Below, piece after piece: positions 1 to 6,648 of a DNA stretch of 12,005 nucleotides (its first letter is position 1; each line of letters opens with the position of its first letter). The notes below the pieces were generated by a model. The model saw only the letters and a list, made by a program, of their open reading frames with translations. It did no database searches and was not told the origin of the DNA. Location: positions 1 through 12,005 of the forward strand of contig CAZJUB010000079.1 of NCBI GenBank assembly GCA_964549075.1, written 5' to 3'. This DNA is from an uncultured archaeon (GTDB lineage Archaea > Asgardarchaeota > Heimdallarchaeia > Heimdallarchaeales > Heimdallarchaeaceae). The position numbers and the translations under genes were made by a program.

Positions 1-536
1 TTAAAGGATTCTTTGCTATGTGGTTAGCAGTATGGATTTCGTTTTCCTATAGTAATGCAGACATTTGGGTCATTGCTTTTGCGGGACCAGCTGCTATACT
101 TGGGCATAACTGGTGTATCTGGTTATGGGGACCAGGAGGAAAAGGTGTTGCTTCTACAATGGGAACAATGTTATTCTTCAATCCAGTCTTCTTACCTTTC
201 TGGTTAGTACTTTACTTTGTTGTTGGTTCTGCAGTGATGTATAGTGCCATCACATATATTCTAACTTTCATCATCATGGCCATATTCTTTCTCTTTTGGG
301 GACCGAATGATATAACGGGGAATATTTGGAAGTGGATCTCTCCTGCGAACAAAACTGTTGTTGACCTAAATACACTTACAATAGTTGGCTGGGTAGCGTT
401 CGCAACCATGCTTGCAATCACATTAGTGGTTTTAACTAGACAAGGAGAGAACTTCCGTAAAATCAAGAGTGGCGAAGCTAAAAAAATGAAACTATGGAAA
501 ATATTCAAAGGAAAAGCTGATGAAGCTTTAAAATAA
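1..536 (+). CDS. plsY: PlsY-family glycerol-3-phosphate acyltransferase-like membrane protein, 5'-truncated by the window edge
   Basis: The frame is open from the window start (xTT AAA GGA TTC = xKGF, matching the PlsY D-x-L-K-G segment), so ATG 18 is internal. It has AILGHNW and the motif-2 glycine loop GGKGVAS-x-x-G, several TM helices and a motif-3-like C-terminus RQGENFRKIKSGE (canonical RHxxNIxRLxxGxE). Stop TAA at 534-536. Confidence 0.88.
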   Translation, partial: KGFFAMWLAVWISFSYSNADIWVIAFAGPAAILGHNWCIWLWGPGGKGVASTMGTMLFFNPVFLPFWLVLYFVVGSAVMYSAITYILTFIIMAIFFLFWGPNDITGNIWKWISPANKTVVDLNTLTIVGWVAFATMLAITLVVLTRQGENFRKIKSGEAKKMKLWKIFKGKADEALK

Positions 537-567
537 CTTCTTCTTTTTTCATTTTTCCTTTTTTTCT
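537..567 (+). terminator. Putative oligo-T (archaeal-type) terminator after plsY-like gene
   Basis: The pyrimidine tract CTTCTTCTTTTTTCATTTTTCCTTTTTTTCT follows the stop with no hairpin. It partly overlaps the Lys/Glu-rich tail of the convergent gene, which could explain some of the T content. Confidence 0.4.
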
Positions 568-1208
568 ATTTCTTCAACCACATTTTCTTTTCTTCTATAG
601 TCTTTTACACTTGTATAAATTACTGCTAATCCATTAATTATGAGGATTGTAGCTAGAACAGTTATTAACAAAATATATGCATTTTGTTCATTATTAGAAA
701 TAAGTAAATTACTGAAAACAACAACAAATAAATAGATCATAACTGATAAAACCATTACTATAATAGCAGTTACTTTACATCCTGAAGGATAATCTCTTAA
801 ATTTATAAATAATTGACATCCTATAGGACGATCTCTTTGATATTCTAACTGAATAGTCAAAAAGGTAGAAATACTACTCAATATTAATACAATAGATAGA
901 ACTATCGCAATTCGAATTGTGAGTATATTCGTATCTGAGAATATTAGGAGGACAACCGCTGCAGGTAAAATAAATATTCCACCTAAAAATCTAGCAAATT
1001 TTACAACTTGATCTCGGATTTTTCCAAAGAGACCATTTAAGGTTTGGGTGAATCCAAATATCATTAATGTTACAGATAAAATGATTAATGTATTTTTTAC
1101 ATCTTTCATCATAAAAATCAAAAATAAAATTGTTAATCCGATTGTGATTGGTTCTATTATCAAATTGTAAATAAACAACCATTGTGGTAATTTTCTTAAC
1201 TCTGACAC
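549..1208 (-). CDS. Polytopic membrane protein (~6 TM), HdeD/DUF308-like
   Basis: About six hydrophobic helices in two similar halves (LSVTLMIFGFTQTLNG and VLATILIINGLAVIY resemble DUF308 repeats) and a charged C-terminal tail. The ORF track starts at 1277, but the GTG at 1208 (VSELRK) has GAAAAAC-TTATAA at -28..-23 and is the more likely start. The family assignment is tentative. Confidence 0.6.
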   Translation of the reverse strand: MSELRKLPQWLFIYNLIIEPITIGLTILFLIFMMKDVKNTLIILSVTLMIFGFTQTLNGLFGKIRDQVVKFARFLGGIFILPAAVVLLIFSDTNILTIRIAIVLSIVLILSSISTFLTIQLEYQRDRPIGCQLFINLRDYPSGCKVTAIIVMVLSVMIYLFVVVFSNLLISNNEQNAYILLITVLATILIINGLAVIYTSVKDYRRKENVVEEIEKKEK

Positions 1209-1230
1209 GATTAATGGCTTATACAAAAAA

Positions 1231-1243
1231 TTATAAGTTTTTC
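1231..1243 (-). promoter_or_regulatory. BRE + TATA box for the membrane-protein gene (leaderless)
   Basis: The minus strand reads GAAAAAC TTATAA, with TTATAA at 1231-1236, 23-28 nt upstream of the GTG at 1208. Confidence 0.55.
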
Positions 1244-1266
1244 TAGTGAAAAAATAAATTCTATAA

Positions 1267-2571
1267 TTAAATATCAATTGAATAAAGCATATTTATTGCT
1301 TGTTCCATCCTTTGTTCACTTATTGAGCAGAAGGCTACTCTAACTCCATTCAAACCATTTTTCACATTTACAAATGGTACTGTTCCTAGACCTTTTTCCA
1401 TAAGTTTTGCAGAAATCTCACTAGCAGATTGTTGATTTTTAATTAAATAATAACTGAAGAATCCAGAATTGAAATTTACAGGTTTGAGTATTTGGTTTTC
1501 CTCTTCTTCACCAAGTTTCTTAATAAGTTTATATCTCCTTGTAAGAATTTGCAAATTCCTCTCTTTTTCCTTCTTTATCTGCTCATATTTCTTTGAGTCA
1601 GTGAGCACATTAGTTAAAGCTTCTTGTATACCTCTTGGGGCACTTGATGTATTTGTTCTTGCAACTTTTGCAATTGTTTCTCTTACCTGATGTTTCTCTT
1701 CTTCACTTCTTTCTATACCAAATCCCAAAGAGACATTACCTAACCTTGCTCCATACGCACAGAACCTTTTAGAAGTTCCATCAACTTTGATTGTAATAAT
1801 ATTATCATTTATTCCTATTAAATAAGGGAATACTGAATGATCTAAGACATCTTTTTCATAGACATAATTTTCATAAGCATCATCTAAAATTATAATTGCT
1901 GGAATTTTTATGTCTTGTATATATTCTTTGAATTTATTTATTTGTTCCAGATTAGGACTTATTCCTGAAGGATTGTTAGGAAAATTCAGGTATACACCTA
2001 CCCTTTTTTCTGTTTTTTCACTCTCTTTCAACTTACTGATTAAATCCGAAAATGATAGATTTCCTTCCTTATCTACTAGGTTATAGGTCACTTCTCTCAA
2101 ATTTTGATTCTTATAAAAAACATTATCTACATTTCCCCACCTTGAATTTGGACTTAGAAGTACATCATTTTCGTTAAGGAAAAGTTGTCCAGTTATAGTC
2201 AATCCTCCTGTCAATCCTCCACAAACAGTAATTGGTAAAGTGGAAAGTTTCTCTGCTTTTTTTCTTAAATTAATTGGATAACTCTCTAGTGTGTCTTTCT
2301 TCCACGCTTGCACAAATTCGTTTTGTCCTCGCATATTAGCATAAGCAAAAAGCTGATCAGCTGTTAATTCTTGTAATTCTCTCATTAATGTTGGTAAAAC
2401 CATCAAAGTTCCATCATCTTCTGTTGCCGATCCAATTGTCCCATTAATGAAATCTGGTTCTTTTTGGGTTCGCTTTTTAGCTTCTAAACCCCATGCTAAT
2501 GTTCCTGCTGAAAGATTAACTTTCTCGTCAATTTGACGACCTTTTGTCGATAAATATTTGTCAAGAATCAT
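1267..2571 (-). CDS. PLP-dependent aminotransferase, class I/II (aspartate aminotransferase fold)
   Basis: 434 aa with fold-type-I motifs: INGTIG, GGLTGGL, NFPNNPSG, ILDDAY (PLP Asp), DGTSK (PLP Lys) followed by YGARLG, FNSGFF and RVAF (carboxylate-binding Arg). The substrate cannot be determined from sequence. Confidence 0.93.
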   Translation of the reverse strand: MILDKYLSTKGRQIDEKVNLSAGTLAWGLEAKKRTQKEPDFINGTIGSATEDDGTLMVLPTLMRELQELTADQLFAYANMRGQNEFVQAWKKDTLESYPINLRKKAEKLSTLPITVCGGLTGGLTITGQLFLNENDVLLSPNSRWGNVDNVFYKNQNLREVTYNLVDKEGNLSFSDLISKLKESEKTEKRVGVYLNFPNNPSGISPNLEQINKFKEYIQDIKIPAIIILDDAYENYVYEKDVLDHSVFPYLIGINDNIITIKVDGTSKRFCAYGARLGNVSLGFGIERSEEEKHQVRETIAKVARTNTSSAPRGIQEALTNVLTDSKKYEQIKKEKERNLQILTRRYKLIKKLGEEEENQILKPVNFNSGFFSYYLIKNQQSASEISAKLMEKGLGTVPFVNVKNGLNGVRVAFCSISEQRMEQAINMLYSIDI

Positions 2572-2594
2572 TGGTGAAAAAAGAGATTAATCAT

Positions 2595-2602
2595 AATTTA
2601 AA
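2595..2602 (-). promoter_or_regulatory. TATA box for the aminotransferase gene (likely leaderless)
   Basis: TTTAAA at 2597-2602 lies 26-31 nt upstream of ATG 2571. There is no Shine-Dalgarno before the ATG (upstream reads CTCTTTTTTTCACCA). Confidence 0.5.
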
Positions 2603-2619
2603 CATTGAGTAATAGACAT

Positions 2620-3123
2620 TTAATATACTCTACAAGCACATCGATCGCTTTCAAAATAATCTTCTATTTGCCATGCATGTCCACCTTCATGTCCAAATCC
2701 ATGATAACGATAATCAACTAAATGTTTAATTTTAATACGGTTACCATCCTCCCATTTGTATTCTGATTCAAAATTCCAGTCTTCGTTTGATAACTGTTTT
2801 ATTCTTGCTATTAATGAATCAAAAGAAGTTTGCCATTCTTTGATAACTTCTTGCAGAGTTTTAGGTTTTCTAATTGTCACTTGTATCTTATTAAATTCGT
2901 TTATTCCACCTTTACGGAACCAAATATCTTGATTAGATAATATCCAATCAATAGCTTTAGTCAATTCTCTATTCCAAGAAGCAAGATGCGCAAGAATATC
3001 CTTGATAGTCCAAGCTTTTAAAATATGATATTGGACCATCTCTTCATCATGTAAAGTATCAATTATAAATTCCATTTTCTTGTGATCTCCAATTAGAAAT
3101 TCAATTGCTTCTTGTTTATTCAT
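2620..3123 (-). CDS. ClbS/DfsB family (DinB superfamily) four-helix bundle protein
   Basis: WTIKDILAHLASW, INEFN, and GHEGGH near the C-terminus provide the DinB His...HxxxH metal triad. The size (~167 aa) is typical. ATG at 3123 is preferred over TTG at 3126. Confidence 0.88.
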   Translation of the reverse strand: MNKQEAIEFLIGDHKKMEFIIDTLHDEEMVQYHILKAWTIKDILAHLASWNRELTKAIDWILSNQDIWFRKGGINEFNKIQVTIRKPKTLQEVIKEWQTSFDSLIARIKQLSNEDWNFESEYKWEDGNRIKIKHLVDYRYHGFGHEGGHAWQIEDYFESDRCACRVY

Positions 3124-3146
3124 CAATATATTGATTCGTATAATCT

Positions 3147-3161
3147 CTTTAATTATTTTCG
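3147..3161 (-). promoter_or_regulatory. BRE + TATA-like box for the DinB-family gene
   Basis: The minus strand reads CGAAAAT AATTAAAG, with the AT box 24-31 nt upstream of ATG 3123. No SD is present. Confidence 0.45.
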
Positions 3162-3213
3162 TTAAGAAGAAATAAAGAGTTATCAGAAGTAGATTTTCTG
3201 AAAGACTCGTTTA

Positions 3214-3295
3214 AAATAAAACAAAGTTGTATTTCTGTTTAAAGCTAATTACAAATAAAAGAGATATCGCCTTAAGCACGTTTTTTGTTTTATTT
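3214..3295. repeat. 12-bp perfect inverted repeat with 58-nt spacer
   Basis: AAATAAAACAAA (3214-3225) and TTTGTTTTATTT (3284-3295) are exact reverse complements. The arms are low complexity. Confidence 0.5.
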
Positions 3296-3316
3296 ATAGT
3301 TTAAATTTCAAACATA

Positions 3317-4003
3317 TTAAAGAGCAAGGGATTTTAATTTAGCAAGAACAATTTCTCTGTCAGTATAATTTGATGCATTTTGATCATGGGAAGCAATCAG
3401 TAAGGTAGTATTATATACATCACACATCTGTGATAATAAATGATATACAATTTCGGAATTTTCAATATCAAGATTTCCTGTTGGTTCGTCTGCAAGGATA
3501 ATTAAAGGTTTATTTGCTAAAGCTACTGCAATCGCAACTCTTTGTTGTTCTCCTCCACTCAAGAAAGAAGGTTTTTGGTGAAGATATCTTTCTATTTCTA
3601 GCATTTCAACTAGCTCATTAGTTCTTCTTTCAATAGCTTCTGGTTGTAATTTTGCGATAGTCATTGGAAATTCAATATTCTCTTCAACCGTTAAGAACGG
3701 AGCCAAGTTATATGATTGATATACAAGCCCTACTGTATCTCTACGGTAGTCAGCTAGTTGATCCTCGTTGAAATCTACTATATTCCTACCTTCAACAAGT
3801 ATCTTCCCAGCTGTAGGTTTTAAAACACCAGCAATACAATGTAAGAGAGTTGTTTTGCCTACTCCAGATTTCCCTCTGATTACAATTTTTTCTCCTTTCT
3901 TAATGGAGAAGCTAATTCCAGGAATTGCTATTGTTTCAACCTTGCCTTTATAGACATGTAATAAATCTATAATTTGAATGATTGTTTTTTCTTTTATATT
4001 CAT
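3317..4003 (-). CDS. ABC transporter ATP-binding subunit, LolD/MacB/SalX family
   Basis: Walker [10 protein letters not shown]-loop VYQSYNL, signature [12 protein letters not shown], Walker B/D-loop [11 protein letters not shown] and H-loop ASHD. ATG at 4003 is preceded by the SD-like GGAAGTGA and lies 1 nt after the upstream permease stop, so it is preferred over TTG 4018. Confidence 0.96.
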   Translation of the reverse strand: MNIKEKTIIQIIDLLHVYKGKVETIAIPGISFSIKKGEKIVIRGKSGVGKTTLLHCIAGVLKPTAGKILVEGRNIVDFNEDQLADYRRDTVGLVYQSYNLAPFLTVEENIEFPMTIAKLQPEAIERRTNELVEMLEIERYLHQKPSFLSGGEQQRVAIAVALANKPLIILADEPTGNLDIENSEIVYHLLSQMCDVYNTTLLIASHDQNASNYTDREIVLAKLKSLAL

Positions 4004-4004
4004 T

Positions 4005-6647
4005 TTATTCACTTCCAATTTTGTTCTTTCTTTCTTTTCTTTTATTGATTTTGAAAAGCTTGATTAAATCTTGTATGAAGATGAGTATTAGTAATAGTAA
4101 TAATAAAGCTATAAATGTTATTATTGAAATCCAAGAGAAATCTAATCTGATTGGAAAGCCGTAGATTGAATTATGTGTATAAAATATTAATCCTAAAATA
4201 ATAATTGCACATGTTATACTAGCAGTAAATATAAATAACAGAAACATAGAAATCCAAATTGCTTGTGACCAGTGAATTTCTTTATTTCTCAACCCCCTAA
4301 GTTTAAGGTATTCAAAATACTTAGTACTGTCAAAAATAAAGGAACTAAGAAGACCAACAAGAAAAATTGGTAAAATTATACTTACAATTATAGTTGAATT
4401 ATGCAATTGTAATAGAATTATTGCTTTCGAAGTATTTGATAACTCTACATCAGTTTCATCATGTTTGATTGAATACCAACTTCCTTTTAGCTCCAAATAA
4501 TTAATTGCTTCCTCTATATTATTATTTTGTCTCTTTATACTTGTAATAGCATACTGAAAATCTGTCAAGTTAAACTGTGATTCTTCATATTTCTTTAAAA
4601 ACCATCTTGGATTATTTAGGGAAAAGAACGGTAGATAATAAGCATAATCATAAAGAGTGTTGATGTCATACACTATTGACTTATCAAATTGAGTTCTGGG
4701 GATTGTAATATTCTCAGATATAAAGTACTGTTTTTCTTTTGTATAGATGCTAGAAGAAATTACATAACTTGATGACAAGTTTAGTTTTTTGAATACTTCT
4801 TCATTAGAATGTTTCTCAAATTTCACATTTTTGAAGTACGAATTTTGGAAGAATTCTAAGGGATTACTGAGATAGATTACGTTAATAGTACCTTCAACAG
4901 TAAATACTTGGTCTATAAAAGAAACTAGACAATTGTTATAACCACAAATATTTATAATCTCTGAGCTAGTTTCAGGGTCTGTAATTAATGAATAATCATA
5001 TAATCTCAAAGATTTATCAAAATCGTTTTTCTGATTCTGCATAGAAACAAAAGATGTTATCACGAGAGATAAAAAGAACATCATATAGAAACAAATTGTA
5101 AGAATTCTTCTCCTTTTCTTTGAAATAGAAGTCAAGGTTTTTGCAATTGTTTTAAAAACTGGTGTAAATACTTTAGTAAGCTTTTTTGTAATCCAATTTA
5201 ATATTGATATTTGAACACGAGGAATAATTACTAAAAGTCCAATACTTAGGATCAATCCAAGGACTAAATACCAGATTATATTAGCAGATAACTGTAAGGA
5301 TTCAAGTAATATACTATTAATTGTCCAAAAAGCAGCAAATACAATTAGAATTAGTACTATCATACTGACCTGTATTCCTATGTTGAAGAGCTCAGATTTT
5401 GATATTTTTTTCCTTTCATCTTCAAACATTTGCACTTTCTCATCTTTCAAAATTGTGTTTGTTTTTTGAATGATTAGAATAATGCAGAGAAAAGTGCAAA
5501 AGTGCGATATAAAAAAAACCAGTTGAAGAATTGAATATGAATATATCTGTTGAACATATAAAAATATCCAACTGATACAAAGAGATGCAATTAATGAACC
5601 TCCAGCAATGATTGATTGAAACAAGAATGTATACTTACGTATTTTATCAAATTTCACACCTCTCGAAGATAAAATACTTATAATTATCTTCTGATCATTT
5701 TTAGCTTGATAGACAATTATGTAAAGTAAATATAAGAAAAAAATTGAAATTAAAACTGAAAAAATGAGCGAATTAAAAAAAACAAATCGTATTTGTTGAA
5801 TCGTTATCTCTAAAATTTCTTTAAAAATATCATTAAAACTAAAATCGTTAAAGTACTCATTTTGAGCTAAGTGAAGACTAAGATATGTAAAAAAATCAAT
5901 TTCAATGTCAGAAACCCAATTATTGTATCCATTTCTTAGTTTTATAGGCAAAAGATTGAGATATGATGTTTTATTCATTGTATAAAGAGAAAACAATTTA
6001 ATTCTCTCCTGATTAATTAAACTGGTTATTTTACTTATACCAATATCATATACAAAACTTAAGAAATCAGTATCTTTTATTATGATATTATATATACTTG
6101 TTTCTTGCAATGCATAATAATTTTCAGCTGAACCGAATATTTCTGAAAAATAGTCTTTACCTACAACTTGTGATACATTAAAGAAATCTAGTGATGTATT
6201 TGAATTCCAGTCTATTTGAATATTCTCTCTATTAGGGAGTGTTGAGTTTTTTGTAACTAATAAGGACGTTTCATCCGCTATAATATAGGGATTCTCTACA
6301 TTTAGCTTATTGTTAACTATAAAAAAGCTGACTGAATCTATAGTAATATTATTAATAGTTAGATTAATTAAATTTCTAGGAAGTTTTGTGATAAGCCTAT
6401 GATTCAAGTTATTAAAGTGCTGATTAAATGTATTGTATTCTGAAAGAAAAATGGAGCTATTTAGGTTTAAATAAATCTCTAAGTCTGGATTAGTTGAATT
6501 TCCAATTAACTTATTCCATTTAGTATTATACTCTTCCATAAAATAAGTAAAAGAAAAAAAAGAAGCAATGAAAATTAAAGAAATGAGAATAAATTCTAAA
6601 ATTGTTTTTTTTCCCTTTGCTTTAAAGATGATTTTTAATAATTTCAA
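4005..6647 (-). CDS. Large FtsX/MacB-like (type VII ABC) permease with duplicated architecture
   Basis: 880 aa: N-terminal TM, ~250 aa soluble domain, TM bundle with FtsX-like coupling segment ILSSRGVKFDKI, second large soluble domain, and final TMs with YLKLRGLRNKEI. The TTG start is 1 nt after the upstream stop, with GAAGGT as SD. It lies directly upstream of the ATPase. Confidence 0.85.
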   Translation of the reverse strand: MKLLKIIFKAKGKKTILEFILISLIFIASFFSFTYFMEEYNTKWNKLIGNSTNPDLEIYLNLNSSIFLSEYNTFNQHFNNLNHRLITKLPRNLINLTINNITIDSVSFFIVNNKLNVENPYIIADETSLLVTKNSTLPNRENIQIDWNSNTSLDFFNVSQVVGKDYFSEIFGSAENYYALQETSIYNIIIKDTDFLSFVYDIGISKITSLINQERIKLFSLYTMNKTSYLNLLPIKLRNGYNNWVSDIEIDFFTYLSLHLAQNEYFNDFSFNDIFKEILEITIQQIRFVFFNSLIFSVLISIFFLYLLYIIVYQAKNDQKIIISILSSRGVKFDKIRKYTFLFQSIIAGGSLIASLCISWIFLYVQQIYSYSILQLVFFISHFCTFLCIILIIQKTNTILKDEKVQMFEDERKKISKSELFNIGIQVSMIVLILIVFAAFWTINSILLESLQLSANIIWYLVLGLILSIGLLVIIPRVQISILNWITKKLTKVFTPVFKTIAKTLTSISKKRRRILTICFYMMFFLSLVITSFVSMQNQKNDFDKSLRLYDYSLITDPETSSEIINICGYNNCLVSFIDQVFTVEGTINVIYLSNPLEFFQNSYFKNVKFEKHSNEEVFKKLNLSSSYVISSSIYTKEKQYFISENITIPRTQFDKSIVYDINTLYDYAYYLPFFSLNNPRWFLKKYEESQFNLTDFQYAITSIKRQNNNIEEAINYLELKGSWYSIKHDETDVELSNTSKAIILLQLHNSTIIVSIILPIFLVGLLSSFIFDSTKYFEYLKLRGLRNKEIHWSQAIWISMFLLFIFTASITCAIIILGLIFYTHNSIYGFPIRLDFSWISIITFIALLLLLLILIFIQDLIKLFKINKRKERKNKIGSE

Positions 6648-6648
6648 A

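Noticed and set aside
212-508. 98-aa minus-strand ORF
   Set aside because: Antisense shadow of the plsY-like gene, with no independent motifs.
1209-1277. N-terminal 23 codons of the ORF-track call 549..1277
   Set aside because: They span the probable terminator/promoter region. GTG 1208 fits BRE/TATA spacing better.
991-1690. Short + strand ORFs 991..1182 and 1469..1690
   Set aside because: They lie wholly antisense to well-supported genes.
2198-2220. Direct repeat GTCAATCCTCC x2
   Set aside because: It encodes GGLT-GGLT in the aminotransferase PLP-binding region, so it is a coding repeat.
1267-2571. Specific assignment as aspC or dapL
   Set aside because: The fold motifs do not determine substrate, and no pathway genes are adjacent.
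3317-4003. Naming the ATPase lolD, macB or ftsE
   Set aside because: The family is clear but orthology is not. The partner permeases are not LolC/E, MacB or FtsX proper.
3768-4164. Short + strand ORFs 3768..3953 and 3982..4164
   Set aside because: Antisense shadows of the ATPase and permease.
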